A stretch of DNA of 64,000 bases from Anthoceros angustus (taxonomy: Eukaryota > Plantae > Anthocerotophyta), in NCBI GenBank assembly GCA_010909165.1, contig MU008162.1, positions 1,054,001 to 1,118,000 on the forward strand, in the 5' to 3' direction. Under the pieces are notes generated by a model. It saw only the letters and a program-made list of their open reading frames with translations, was not told the DNA's origin and did no database searches. The stretch's first letter is position 1; every line of letters begins with the position of its first letter. This document shows positions 1 through 13,010 of this stretch, piece by piece. Position numbers and translations under genes: made by a program.

Positions 1-604
1 TCGCAGAGCACAAGCCTGAGGCAGCGCCGGATTGCTCCTTCCCACCACGTCCAGTCCAGGCACGACAGCAGATCCGTGGCAAATGCCAGGTAACCCGTGA
101 AGGAGTGGGCAGACGCGGTCACGGTCGGTCCCGGCGATCCATTTCCACCGGCATCCGCTTCCTCCTCGGCTCTGGCCGCAGTATCAGCACATCTCCCAGC
201 AGCAGAGGGAAATGCATACCAACTCCACCAGCATCCAGATACTTCCACACACAACAGCGAGAACCCCAAACCAACCTATAATTGCCTGGTTCCAAGGTCC
301 CGGGACTGCCGGACCCGGAAACTAACCCGCCCGGCCTCGACCTCCTCGCAACTGCAGCACCCGAATGCAGCCCAGCTGGGCCAGCGGCAGAATGCGAGCG
401 GGAGGGATGCAGCAACCTGCGAGTATGGACTCGCAGCCGGAATCGAAATCCGAACGGGGAGCTGCTTGCTCGGCTCAGCAGCGGCGGGAATGGGATTCCA
501 GACGGGCCGAGACACAGGTTTGAGGCAGATTGCGCAGCGGTTTGGTCTGGAGAAGGCGAAGGCGGAAGCGGAGGCGGAGGCGGAGGCGCGGGATGCGGCG
601 GCAA
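1..604 (-). CDS. Possible 5' exons of a host gene running off the left edge; product unknown
   Basis: GC-rich minus-strand reading (..GTLEPGNYR), a plausible GT..AG intron at ~275-172, then an open frame RAEEEADAGGNG..WTWWEGAIRRCLRLVLC to the window edge. No start codon or domain identified. Confidence 0.25.
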
Positions 605-1336
605 CTGGGCGGAATCAGAAGGTGCAGCGGAAAACGAGACAGGTGAATGTAAGCCTCTACATGGCCCTCTGCGTGGCGAAGGAAAGAATCAGAGAACTCT
701 TCAGTCAGTTCGACAACGGGAGAACACGCCACGTTGTTCCTTGGTCAGTCTTTTCGTGAGTTTAGTTCGTCACTCTAGTTGTTGAAAGAAGAAGAAGGAG
801 TTCCCGATAAATAGAGAGAGGGGAAGAGGCTTAAACGTGTGTCATCCAAGTTCGACCAACCGGTAGTGGATACGTTGCTCTCCTTTTCCCGTGCACGTTG
901 TAGAACTGGTTCCAATTATGTACTTACTTATCTTTCTGGAAGGTCATTGTACATTGGAGGTGTTTGAGCTTTATAATTGTGTTATGTATTGATTTATTTT
1001 GGATCTAGAAATTTTATACGTTTTAATTGAATCAAGGTAAGATCGACGAGGAAATCAAACTTTGTTGGGCCTCTCCTTTAGTATGAGTGGGTGCTCATTC
1101 TTAGCGCTTATCTGATGCTTTCCCTTGAACGTCTCCTCCTCGTCGTACGTATCAAGCCTACTCGTCATCATCCACTCTTAATGGTGGCTCACAATATACA
1201 AGATGGAGGAGGGAACCAAACTTTGTTGGCCCGCTCACTCAGTATGAGTGAAAAATATTTTATGTACTCTGGGGTCTCTTCTCCTCTCCACCCCCTTAAT
1301 CTGCAGCCCAACTTTCGTTACCAAGCCAAATTAATA

Positions 1337-1640
1337 AAATTCTCCACACAACATTACTATCACCTTCAAATTCTTTCATTTTATCTTACCAACTTTTGCT
1401 GAAAAGACTGATCAACAAAATTCTCCACACAACATAACATCCACCTTCAAATTCTTTCATCTAATCTTACCAACTTTGGTTGAAAAGATAGATTGATAGA
1501 ATTCTCCACACAACATTATTTCCACCATCAAATTCTTTCATCTCGTGTTATCAACTTTCGTTGAAAAGATAGACTAACAAAATTCTCCATACAATATTAC
1601 ATCTACCTTCAAATTCTTTCATTACATCTTATCAATTGTA
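1337..1640. repeat. ~80-bp tandem repeat, ~4 copies
   Basis: Unit aaaattctccacacaacatta..caccttcaaattctttcat..accaacttt..gaaaaga recurs at ~1337, 1417, 1500 and 1578. Confidence 0.85.
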
Positions 1641-2080
1641 ATACACGTTGGACAAAACCGTTGCCTATCAGGCACTGCATCCAATTGAGGTTCCAAGCAA
1701 TAAATATGCCAACCATCGTTGCACCTGTCACACAACAACATACAATAATCATTACCAGGGTCTCCACACCCTAAATGGGCAAATGCCTTTCTGGGTACAA
1801 ACGTCAAATGTACCTAGAAACGTCAAACATAATCTCGCACCTTAAATTTTCTCACTTTGGGCCTAAAATGTCCACTTCTTGTCTTCCTATACCTCAACTC
1901 ATCTCTATGCTGAGCAATCAACAAATTGTCCATTGCCATAGGCATGATTCTCTAAACTAACTTTGCCCTAAGCTTGACTGCTTTTTAGCCATTGGCTGGG
2001 GTCATCCAACTCAACAATGATGCTCACCTTATCCTCCAACATTCCTGATAATTGTGATCTTCTTCCAATTGTGGTCCCCA
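1622..2080 (-). mobile_element. Ty3/gypsy (Phygy/Selgy-like) remnant: integrase C-terminus plus PHD finger
   Basis: Minus strand reads RIMPMAMDNLLIAQHRDELRYRKTRSGHFRPKVRKFKVRDYV (integrase tail of bryophyte gypsy elements), then MLLCDRCNDGWHIYCLEPQLDAVPDRQRFCPTC (PHD finger). Stops are present. Confidence 0.75.
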
Positions 2081-2119
2081 ATTTGTGATACGAGGTGAGG
2101 AAGTGATGATTGTGGATGT

Positions 2120-2375
2120 GCCCTGATACAATCCCCATGCTGTGCAATAGTATGCATGCACTGACAAGAGAAGGAACATTTTTCAAAGTCATGTCATTTC
2201 TTTTGAGTAGAATACAAAACTTACTTTTTAACATACCAGATGTTCTTTCTACGACCCTTCGAGTACTAAATTGAATAGAATTTCAATTGAGTTCTTCTCT
2301 AATGAATCCAACTTTATGTCCATGGAATGCAGTCAATATATCTAATTGGGGCCAATAACCTACATCTCCCACTTG
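2120..2375 (-). mobile_element. PIF/Harbinger DDE transposase (DDE_Tnp_4) remnant
   Basis: VGDVGY..N*NSIQFSTRRVVERTSGMLKSKFCILLKRNDMTLKNVPSLVSACILLHSM matches the Harbinger motif GD.GY..S.R..VE.AFG.LK.RF.IL..AC..LHN. Confidence 0.75.
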
Positions 2376-2506
2376 TGCAAACTTTTTTGGTGCAATCACA
2401 AGCCGGAATCGGAATAGGTATCTTGGTACTATTTGATATCCCCCCATTTATTGGGCGCTTTGGGCTACTGTGTGTAAGGTTTTAGGCGTGAGATCCTCTT
2501 GGAGGA

Positions 2507-2642
2507 AAGTAAAGTAATATAAAGTAAAGTAATGTAATATAAGGTGAAGTAAAGTGAAGTGAAGGTAAGTAAAATAAAGTAAAATAATATAATGTAATGT
2601 AAAAATATATAAAAATAATGTAATGTATTATAATATAATGTA
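2507..2642. repeat. AT-rich low-complexity pentamer tract (AAAGT/TAATG/TAATA)
   Basis: Degenerate pentamer repeats are directly visible. Confidence 0.8.
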
Positions 2643-2885
2643 TAGGCAACCGTACCCCAACAATAGAAATTTTTTTCAAATACTAGAAATGGTAGGATAA
2701 GCGAGCACCTATTTAAACAACTGTCTTGCCGTCTGTCTACATAGGTGGTCAAGTTTAAGCATAGAATCACTATAAAAAAGTCTGAGAGTAGATCATGGTG
2801 AAACAAGAAGTGCATTGCTAAGGAGCTGGAAGAAACCCTCACCAATCATCACAGAGGTACACGGTCACGCTTACATTTTGATGCG

Positions 2886-3596
2886 ATGGCAAGAATGCCT
2901 ATCTTCCTTTTAGTGGAATGGGATTGGTTTCCTTCGGACGACGTATTCGTCGTCGAATTCACATGTGTCACGAGGCTTATGAGAGGATATACCTCAAAAC
3001 TTGAAGCACAATCAGCTGCCCTCTCGGCGTTCAACGAGTTCGCCAACCAGTGGGGAGGGAAACTAATGTTGTACTACAAGGATCCCCGCACCCTGGCGCG
3101 GAATTGGACAAGCCTTTGCAATGTAGGAGAGCAATACAAAGCGATGTTGCAGTGTTTGAGATTGCGGAAGGACAATCGATCAGAGCATCCTTACGGCACG
3201 CTCTATGAGGTGGTGAAGATGGATTTACCTTTGGAAGCGTGGAACCTTCGCTCGCCATTCTCTGTATTTGTGGTGGTAAAGAGTCGCTTCGCAATTGGCC
3301 AAACATTGAATCCCTTCCGCACTCAGTTCTCCATTTTGTCTGCACATGTAGACGTGCTCAAAGCTCAGGCTGAAGCTGTTTCCTTGTATGAGGATCATGT
3401 TTCTAGGTCAGTCACTCAACAAGGAGAGCCCCTGCGTGTGATTGAAGAATGGGAATCTATAGATTCCTTGCAGCAATACAAGACTATGTTGGAGCACGAA
3501 CAAGGCAGAGTCACGGAGGACTCTGACATCGAATTTGTGTCATCTTTCATACCCCATTCGTGGTCAAGTCAATTTGATTTGCTTCAAGTGTTATGA
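2886..3596 (+). CDS. Intronless 236-aa ORF of unknown function, probably TE-associated
   Basis: ATG-initiated open frame with ordinary amino-acid composition. Its 3' half is duplicated at 3810-4354. No recognisable motif. Confidence 0.35.
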   Translation: MARMPIFLLVEWDWFPSDDVFVVEFTCVTRLMRGYTSKLEAQSAALSAFNEFANQWGGKLMLYYKDPRTLARNWTSLCNVGEQYKAMLQCLRLRKDNRSEHPYGTLYEVVKMDLPLEAWNLRSPFSVFVVVKSRFAIGQTLNPFRTQFSILSAHVDVLKAQAEAVSLYEDHVSRSVTQQGEPLRVIEEWESIDSLQQYKTMLEHEQGRVTEDSDIEFVSSFIPHSWSSQFDLLQVL

Positions 3597-4354
3597 AGAG
3601 ATCGGGGTGAAGTGAAGCCCCTGTAGGTCAGCAACAATGTGCGTTACTAGGGATGTTTCAAAGGTGGCTGGAGCGACATTTGTTTTGTGTTCGTTTTCTT
3701 TTGTCATGACTCAAGAGGTCATAGATTTGCAATGTCACATTAATTAATTTAAGTCTTTGAGGACTGTTCGAGAGAGGCCTAGTACACACCCATCAACATT
3801 TTAAGTAAAATTTGTGGTGGTAAAGAGTCGCAATTGGCCAAACATTGAATCCCTTCCGCACTCAGTTCTCCATTTTGTCTGCACATGTAGACGTGCTCAA
3901 AGCTCAGGCTGAAGCTTTGTATGAGGATCATGTTTCTAGGTCAGTCACTCAACAAGGAGAGCCCCTGCGTGTGATTGAAGAATGGGAATCTATAGATTCC
4001 TTGCAGCAATACAAGACTATGTTGGAGCACGAACAAGGCAGAGTCACGGAGGACTCTGACATCGAATTTGGTGTCATCTTTCATGTCTTGCATTCGGTGG
4101 TCAAGTCAATTTGATTTGCTTCAAGTGTTATGAAGAGATCGGGGTGAAGTGAAGCCCCTGTAGGTCAGCAACAATGTGCGTTACTAGGGATGTTTCAAAG
4201 GTGGCTGGAGCGACATTTGTTTTGTGTTCGTTTTCTTTTGTCATGACTCAAGAGGTCATAGATTTGCAATGTCACATTAATTAATTTAAGTCTTTGAGGA
4301 CTGCTCGAGAGAGGCCTAGTACACACTGATTTAAACATTTTAAGTAAAAATTTG
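3266..4354. repeat. Tandem duplication, ~545-bp unit x2
   Basis: 3266-3809 is repeated at 3810-4354. ATTTG lies at the start, junction and end. Confidence 0.9.
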
Positions 4355-5869
4355 CAGAGTAAGGTACAAAACTAAAAGAAGCCAATGCAAAGAGAGCTCA
4401 ATAGAACAAGTTAATTGTAATTGATTAGAATGTGAAGGATTCAAAGAAATTGTAATTAATTGAAAAGCGGTTACTAAAGACCATAACCTTTATAAGTTTC
4501 ACATGGAGCTTGACTGTTGGCTGTACCATTAAAAAATAATTAATCAGCTAATAAAGGAAAGAAAATTAGATGGCAAGATTAGACGTGGATAGGGTCGTGG
4601 GTAGGGGACGTGGTTAGTTGTTGAAAACCATAAATGTAAATTATGTGGTAAGGTGGCACCATTCACACATAGAATTGGAAAACTATCACCTGAAATCGTT
4701 ATTGAAGGTGAGCATATTTACATGCCACTATGTCGAAAGCATAATTATTTAGAGAAATGAGCAATGAATATCCAGGAATGAATTGGTTATGTTTGGATAT
4801 TCAATAGTATATATCAGGTTATTAGTTGATGAGTATACTAATTGATTGAGACATCTCTCAATATGAAGCTTGTGATTTATCATATTTGGGAATAGAACCG
4901 AAATATTTTTTACAATAAAATTATAATAAGTCATTGGGAATCAAGAGTGAAATTAGAACTGTAATCAATTCAGAAATCCAAATAGTAATAGATTAAGAAT
5001 AAGATTCGAGATGTCTTAAATGGCTTTCATTCTCTCAAAATGCCATTACCGATTCCAACACGATGGCGAGGAGCAAAAGAAAATGTATGAGAGACATGCC
5101 GCTTAGAGGAAGCAAGTTCCAGCAAGTCCTTGAGCAACAAGCAGAGCAAGTTGCCCAATTGCAGGAGAAGATATTTAAACAAGGGAGAGAAGACGGCTAC
5201 GGACAAAAGGGGAAAGAAAGTGGAGGAACGCGCTGCACCTTCCAGGGAGCATATCCCACTTCAACACAAAAAGGAGGTCAGGAATCAAATATGTCGCACA
5301 TAAGCACGTCTTCCAACATCTGTTTGGTTGGAGGACAAATTAGGGCTGAAGCACAAGTGGAAGAAAACCAAGACCAGGGAATCAGATGCAGATTAAGTGG
5401 TGTTGGGAGATAGTGGCGGTGGAAGATTACTAGTAAATGTGACCATGACAGGGGACAATTGCTCGAGGGAGGAAGCGGAACATGTAATCGTTTCTTGCAT
5501 TGAAAGGGAGGAAATTTCAGTGAGAACAAGGGAAGAACGAGCAAAACATAATTGGGCAACACGGTTGGAATTTGCTGGTGAACGGACTTGCCAACTTTGT
5601 GCTTGTTAAAGAGGGTTTAAATACGCTCGAGGACAGCAATGGTGGGTTTGAAATTGGAGGTCTAAATTCGCTGGAAACATCTGATGCTTACAATGGTGTC
5701 CACGCAAAGCCACTTTGGATGCTCGGGTGATCAGCCAGGGCATTTTGATTAGCAAAGACAACCTGACCACTGGTACCTATGTAATCAGGGATGTGGTACC
5801 TATGCAAGCATTGTAATAGTTGGAGAGAACACGAGCGGAAAGTTTCATGCGGTTGAAGAGGCCGCAAAT

Positions 5870-6035
5870 GGAAGCACTCTGGGGTGAGGGCGCATGCAAC
5901 GACGCGTACTAGTGAAGACACATGCAACTGTGCTCAAGTGGTTCGTGAAGATACATGCAATGGCACTCAAGTGGCTGGTGAAGACGCACATGCAAGCACT
6001 CAAGCGGTTGATGAAGACACATGTGTGCACAATGA
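5870..6035. repeat. 33-bp (11-codon) tandem repeat, ~5 copies; also at ~7425-7590 and ~8390-8550
   Basis: Unit gcactcaagtggctggtgaagacgcacatgcaa, translating as LKQLVRAHATT/LKWFVKIHAMA/LKRLMKTHVCT. Confidence 0.8.
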
Positions 6036-6218
6036 GAGCAAAAATGCAGACTTTTGGGCAGTCTGTGAGGGCGTAAACACTCATGTGACTGGCAAAGGTG
6101 CAGGCGGTTGATGGAGATGAAGTTCTCGAGCATGTCCTTAGGACAACGGACGTGCATAAACGGAACAAACATTCCCTTGGGAACGGAACCCATATTGCAA
6201 CGACACGGGACTGGTGCG

Positions 6219-6339
6219 AAAAGCAAGTGCGGATCATTGAGGGGCACGAGCGGGTACGAGCGAAAGCACGAGAGCGCCGCAGAGAAGAATGAAAAAACGG
6301 TTATTTTGTTTACGGGAAATTGCTGAATATATTTCTTCA
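6219..6339 (-). repeat. 3' LTR of the copia element (further copies at ~7777-7882 and ~8714-8817)
   Basis: Near-identical to 33197-33310 and begins TGAAGAAATA directly after the polypurine tract. It lacks ~80 bp present in the 5' LTR. Confidence 0.8.
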
Positions 6340-9034
6340 CTCCCTCTTAGTTGCAATGAATATCCAGGAATGAATTGGTTATGTTTGGATATTCAATAGT
6401 ATATATCAGGTTATTAGTTGATGAGTATACTAATTGATTGAGACATCTCTCAATATGAAGCTTGTGATTTATCATATTTGGGAATAGAACCAAATATTTT
6501 TACAATAAAATTATAATAAGTCATTGGGAATCAAGAGTGAAATTAGAACTGTAATCAATTCAAATCCAAATAGTAATAGATTAAGAATAAGATTCGAGAT
6601 GTCTTAAATGGCTTTCATTCTCTCAAAATGCCATTACCGATTCCAACACGATGGCGAGGAGCAAAAGAAAATGTATGAGAGACATGCGCAGAGGAAGCAA
6701 GTTCCAAGAAGTCCTTGAGCAACAAGCGAGCAAGTTGCCCAATTGCGAGAGAAGATATTTAAACAAGGGAGAGAAGAACGCTACGACAAAAGGGAAAGAA
6801 AGTGGAGGAACGCTACCGCACCTTCCGGGAGCATATCCCACTTCAACACAAAAGGAGGTCAGAATCAAATATGTATAAGCACGTCTTCCAACATACATTT
6901 GGTTGGAGGACAAATTAGGGCTGAAGCACAAGTGGAAGAAAACCAAGACCAGGAATCGATGCATTAAGTGGTGTTGGGAGATAGTGGCGGTGGAAGATTA
7001 CTAGTAAATGTGACCATGACAGGGGACAATTGCTCGAGGGAGGAAGCGGAACATGTAATCGTTTCTGCATTGAAAGGGAGGAAATTTCAGAGAACAAGGA
7101 AGAACGAGCAAAACATAATTGGGCAACACGGTTGAATTCTTGGTGAACGGACTTGCCAACTTTGTGCTTGTTAAAGAGGGTTTAAATACGCTCGAGGACA
7201 GCAAGAATGGTGGGTTTGAAATTGGAGGTCTAAATTACCGAAACATCGATGCTTACAATGGTGTCCACGCAAAGCCACTTTGGATGCTCGGGTGATCACC
7301 ATTTTGATTAGCAAAGACAACTCTTTGGTACCTATGTAATCAGGGATGTGGTACCTATGCAAGCATTGTAATAGTTGGAGAGAACACGAGCGGAAAGTTT
7401 CATGCGGTTGAAGAGGCCGCAAATGGAAGCACTCAAGCAGCTGGTGAGGGCGCATGCAACGACGCTCATGCAGCTAGTGAAGACACATGCAACTGTGCTC
7501 AAGTGGTTCGTGAAGATACATGCAATGGCACTCAAGTGGCTGGTGAAGACGCACATGCAAGCACTCAAGCGGTTGATGAAGACACATGTGTGCACAATGA
7601 GAGCAAAATGCAGACTTTTGGGCGGCAGAGGGCGTAAACACTCATGTGATCGCAAAGGTGCAAAGTGTTGATGGAGATGAAGTTCTCGAGCATGTCCTTA
7701 GGGACAACGGACGTGCATAAACGGAACAAACATTCCTTTGGGAACGGAACCCATATTGCAACGACAGGACCGGGTCAAAAAGCAAGTGCGGATCATTGAG
7801 GGAGAGGCGGGTGCGGCTGCAGGCGCCGCAGAGAAGAATGAAAACGGTTATTTTGTTTACGGAAATTGAATATATTTCTTCACCTCTTAGTTGCAATGAG
7901 CATTAAGGTAAAACATGAAGATAATAATATCGTCTTAAAAACGGAACCGATTCGGTTCGGATCAATCTACTTGAGATCCAATACGCCATTGTTCCTTGAC
8001 CGCCGCCTCCTCATGACCAGCAAGTTGTTACGCTCCTCGCCTCCTGCGCCTCCACCAATCACAAATACCATGGCGCTCCACACCTCCATCTTCAAGTCTG
8101 TAATCAGCCGTTGTCCTCCGGGTTGGTTTGCAATCGCCTCATAGGGATATGGCTGGGTTGTAGCACCGCCGCTAGGGTCTAAGCACGATGGTGACCACAA
8201 CCGGAAACATCCGATGCTTACAATGGTGTCCACGCAAAGCCACTTTGGATGCTCGGGTGATCGCCGGGCATTTTGATTAGCAAAGACAACGACCACCGGT
8301 ACCTATGTAATCGGGGATGTGGTACCTATGCAAGCATTGTAATAGTTGGAGAGAACACGGAAAGTTTCATGCGGAAGAGGCCGCAAATGGAAGCACTCAA
8401 GCGGTGAGGGCGCATGCAACCTCATGCGCTAGTGAAGACACATGCAACTGTGCTCAAGTGGTTCGTGAAGATACATGCAATGGCACTCAAGTGGTGAAGA
8501 CGCACATGCAAGCACTCAAGCGGTTGATGAAGACACATGTGTGCACAATGAGAGCAAAAATGCACTTTTTGGAGGGCGTAAACACTCATCGTGGTGCAAA
8601 GTGTTGATGGAGATGAAGTTCTCGAGCATGTCCTTAGGACAACGACGCGTGCATAAAGCGGAACAAACATTCCCTTGGGAACGGAACCCATATTGCAACG
8701 ACACGGATGGTGCAAAAGTGGATCATTGAGGGCACGAGCGGCAGCAAAAGCACGAGCCAGAGAAGAATGAAAAAACGGTTATTTTGTTTACGGGAAATTG
8801 CTGAATATATTTCTTCACTCCCTCTTAGTTGCAATGAACAGACTAAGGTAAAACATGAAGATAATAATATCGTCTTAAAAAAACGGGAACCCTGATTCGG
8901 GTTCAGGACTGAATCTACTTGAGATCCAATACGCCAGTTGTTCCTTGACCGCTCGCTCCTCATGACCAGCAAGTTGTTACGCTCCTCGCTCCTCTGGCCT
9001 GCCTGTTGCGCTCCAGAATTCAGCTACAAATACC

Positions 9035-9201
9035 ATGGCGCTCCACACCTCCATCTTCGAAGTCTGTAATCTAGCTGTTGTCCTCCTGGGTTGGTTTGCA
9101 ATCTGCCTCATAGGGATATGGCTGCTGGGTTGTAAGCACTGCTGCTTAGGGTCTAAGCACAGTATGGTGACCACAACTTCTGGAAACGCAGAAACCGTCC
9201 C
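9035..9201 (+). CDS. 5' part of a small putative membrane-protein ORF, antisense within the copia 3' region; interrupted at 9202 and resuming at ~21267-21327
   Basis: MALHTSIFEVCNLAVVLLGWFAICLIGIWLLGCKHCC..ETVP joins in frame to PPGSTTIATTDSLISASNL* once 9202-21266 is removed. Confidence 0.45.
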
Positions 9202-9606
9202 CAGTTGGCATGTTCGAGTTCTGTGGAATATGTTTTATGCAAAAATATCGTCAAATTGATCTCAATTTTAGTGTACAATACGTTTTTTGGGAGGAGAATT
9301 TTGTTGAATTTTTTTCTCCATAAAAACATGCATAACATATATCATTGCCATTATTACCTGAATTAACGGTGGGACAAATGACAATTTCAGTGACTAAGTA
9401 CCCCTTGTCCACCTGCTGAATGCGCCGCGGCGACGCGACCACATGTGTTGATTAGGTCTTTGGTTTTGCAAAACGAGTGTTTTGGGGGCGGACTCTTCAT
9501 GTGAACAGACGTTTGTGGCGTGGAAGTGTGGCGCCCGTGAGGCCAGCCATCGTGTGCAGACGATTGCACGCGTGGAAGTGGAAGTGTGGGTGCTTAGATT
9601 CGTTTG

Positions 9607-10992
9607 TGGGTGGCCGCGGGGCATAGGAGCTGGATTTCGATCGATTGGAGGCTGCTTGCTTTTGGAGGTCGTTTCTAACACGGTTTTGTTTGCTACCTAG
9701 GAGGGTGCTAGTGTGGCGCCCGGTGAGGCGTTTTGGGTGCTCAAGTGCTAGTTTGGTGGTGCTTGTGTGTGGGCGGTGTGGGCGGAATCCATGGGTGAAC
9801 CACTTGGTGGTGGAGGGAGACAGCGGTGGCTTTTTGGGAGGCAGGCGGCTATGGCAGCATCTGCAGGTGAGGATGGTGGCCAGGGGAGAGCATCACGCCC
9901 AAGGGAGAGTAGGAACGTAAGGAGGCAACAGAGGGCTGCCACCCTTCGCACTGAGAGAGTGACCGCAGCCTTGCAAGTCGACATCTCTTCAGCAGAGCAG
10001 GCTGCGCCGTGGAATTGGCACTCGGGGGATGCGGTTCTATCCGCTGTTGGTGTGAATGTGCGGGATGAGAACCTGGCAATTGGGCTTAAGGAACGTGTGG
10101 GTGGCGCGGGGTAGGGCTGGATTCGATCGATTGGGCTGCTTGCTTTTGGAGGTCGTTTCTAACGGTTTTGTTTGCTACCTAGGAGGGTGCTAGTGTGGCG
10201 TGAGGCGTTTTGGGTGCTCAAGTGCTAGTTTGGGTTGGTGGTTGTTTGTGTGTGGGCGGTGTGGGCGGAATCCATGGGTGAACCACTTGGCGGGGTGGAG
10301 GGAGGCAGTGTGGCTGCGGGGAGGCGGCGTGCGGCTATGGCGGCATCTGCGGTGAGGATGGTGGCGGCAAAGTAGGAGCGTAAGGAGGCAGGCTGCCACC
10401 CTTGGCCCGAGAGAGTGACCGCAGCCTTGCAAGTCGACATCTCTTCAGCAGAGCAGTCGCGGAATTGGCACTGGGGATGCGGTTCTATCCGCTGTTGGTG
10501 TGAATGCGGATGAGAACCCGCAATTGGGCTTAAGGAACGTGTGGGTGGCGCGGAGCCGGATTTTGGATCGATTGGAGGTCTGGCTTTTGGAGGTCGCTAA
10601 CACGGTTTTGTTTGCTACCTAGGAGGGTGCTAGTGGCGCCCGTGAGGCGTTTTGGGTGCTCAAGTGCTAGTTTGGGTTGGTGTGTGGGCGGTGTGGCGGA
10701 ATCCATGGGTGAACCACTTGGTGGTGGAGGGAGATGTGGTGGTGGAGGGAGGCACAGGCGGCTATGGCAAGATCTGCAGTGAGGATGGCTGGGAGAGCAT
10801 CACGCCCAAGGGAGAGTAGGAACGTAAGGAGGCAACAGAGGGCTGCCACCTTCAACCGAGAGAGTGACCGCAGCCTTGCAAGTCGACATCTCTTCAGCAA
10901 GCAGGCAGGAATTGGCACTGGGGATGCGGTTCTATCCGTCACAGGAATGTGCGGGATGAGAACCGCAATTGGGCTTAAGGAACGTGGTGGCC
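9607..10992. repeat. Tandem triplication, ~450-490-bp unit
   Basis: Units start at ~9607, ~10097 and ~10541. GTGGGTGGC is present at each junction and, degenerate, at ~10985. Confidence 0.88.
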
Positions 10993-12550
10993 GATGTTTT
11001 GGCTAGGTACTTTGGAGGCCTTCCGAGCAAATGATGGCTACCTTCTAGGGACTACTAATTTCATCGTCTGTGGAAGAATGGAGGAACATCGATGACTTGG
11101 TGTATGATTGTACGGCCGGCCTAGCTTGCCGCATGTAGGGTTCCTCAAACCTTGGCTGGTGTTGGTGGAGAAACCGCCGGTAAAAGGGTGAACTGCAAGC
11201 TTATTGGGACAAGCTTCAGATGAAGAAGAAACAACGGAAGTGTAAAGATGGTAGTGACGCTGGGACGAGGAAGGTGGAGGTGAGGAAGATGAGGGCTCGG
11301 ATGCAATGATGATGCTCCACCACCGTGAAGCTTGGGTGGGGGCTGGCTGCCCATGTCCGGAGGGAAACTCCTGCTCGCAGGAGCCCACGGAGGCCACACG
11401 ACGGTCGTCCAACAAAGTTTGGAGCTGCCAACAAAGGAAAAGTACTGTGATTGACAAGGAGCCATTGTCCTCGCCGAAAGTTGTGGCGAGCTTGACGAGA
11501 AGGACCACGACGCCCATTGAAAGGTAAGACATATGACCGTGAGAAAAGTGGCCTCCACCATGGGCTCCAATGGAGGTGATTTTGGCCGTGCTCGTGTGAA
11601 GAAGGACTTGGAGGCGGCGCGATGAGGAGTCAAAGCTTGCTAAGGCGGAGGATGCCTTGAAGGATCTGGACTTGACGAAGGTCCAACAGCGTACTGCTCA
11701 ATGGCGTGGGTTGGACTCAAACACAACGATGCACCATGGAACCGTCCGCCAAAGTGTGAAGGCCAAGATGACCATTGTAATGTTGTGAACAAGAAGTTGG
11801 CGAAAACACGGCTTGTAGGAGCAAGTCGCAAGAACATGTTCTTTGGTTTTGGATTTTGAACAGCGATCCAAATAATTCACCAGCTAAGAGTGAAGAAGTC
11901 CACGCCGGCACAGGCGGTGGCTCCATGCCACTCCCACGCCACACCACGTAAAAAGATGCCGTGTCTCGCACTGTATCGCCATAGTCCAAAGATCACAGTC
12001 ATTCGCAATTCTCAATGGTGCTGTCTCGAGGGGGAGTTTTTGATTTTGTGTCCCTTCGATCTCATGTGTGCACATGTTTGTTATTCCTGCTGGAATATGC
12101 GGAGGATGTTTCTGAAGGTCAGGGGTTGCTGCAATGAGTGTGCAATGATTGCTACCTACAAACAGGTCGGCGTGTTTGTTGTTCTCCAGTAAGTCCTGTT
12201 TCTAAGGGTGGTAGTGAAGGCTGGTAGGGAACCGGAGCACTTGCTTTTACTCTCTATGATCTGAGTTGATCTGCATGCGCGGCTTTTGGCGTGGAAGTCC
12301 ATGTGTTTGATTGTGGTGTGTGAAGATGCATGCGCCTGCGGAGATGGTGCACTAGTTTGCCATTCTATTTCTTGTCGGTTGTTGCATGTGTGGTAGACTG
12401 GTGGTATGCACGCACTGTGAGGCATGTTGCTTGTATGCATGCACCGTGATGGAATGACAGGATTTGTTGTGGTGGACGGGGTTGGTGGTCGATTGGACAT
12501 CATGGAGATGTGGTGGCATGTGGAGATGTGGTGGCGTCGAGCATCATAGA

Positions 12551-13010
12551 GATGTGGTGGCGGGGTTGGTGCTTAACAGCCCGAGTTTGTGACATGGTGG
12601 CCGCTTACTTGATGTGGTGGTGGGTTTGATGGTGAAGTGCCCGAGTATGTGCCATGGTGGCCGCTTACTTGATGTGGTGGCGGGGTTGGTGGTCAACTGC
12701 CCGAGTATGTGCCATGGTGACCGCTTGCTTGATGTGGTGGCGGGGTTGGTGGTCACCTGCCCGAGTATGTGCCATGGTGGCCGCTTGCTTGATGTGGTGG
12801 CGGGGTTGGTGGTCAACTGCCCGAGTATGTGCCATGGTGGCCGCTTACTTCATGTGGTGGCGGGGTTGGTGGTGAACCGCCGAGTATGTGCCATGGTGGC
12901 TGCTTGCTTGATGTGGTGGCGGGGTTGGTGGTGATCCGCCGAGTATGTGCCATGGTGGCCGCTTACTTGATGTGATGGCGGGTTGGTGGTGATCCGGTAT
13001 GTGACATGGT
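12551..13010. repeat. 60-bp minisatellite, ~7.5 copies
   Basis: The unit gatgtggtggcggggttggtggtcaactgcccgagtatgtgccatggtggccgcttactt aligns vertically in the 60-column layout. Confidence 0.95.

Larger units (their letters stand above)
4761..9187. repeat. Two overlapping tandem duplications (~1.55-kb unit x2, then ~0.96-kb unit x2) that triplicate the copia 3' LTR
   Basis: 4761-6352 is repeated at 6353-~7899 (GCAATGA at 4761/6353/7893). ~7238-8200 is repeated at 8201-9187 (GGAAAC junction). Confidence 0.88.

Noticed and set aside
1622-1807. PHD finger as a host chromatin gene
   Set aside because: It directly follows a decayed gypsy integrase tail, the first Cys pair is damaged, and there is no exon structure.
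12551-13010. Regular 60-bp array as a CRISPR or repeat-protein gene
   Set aside because: No unique spacers, no cas genes, and a eukaryotic context. Open frames on both strands are a by-product of the repeat.
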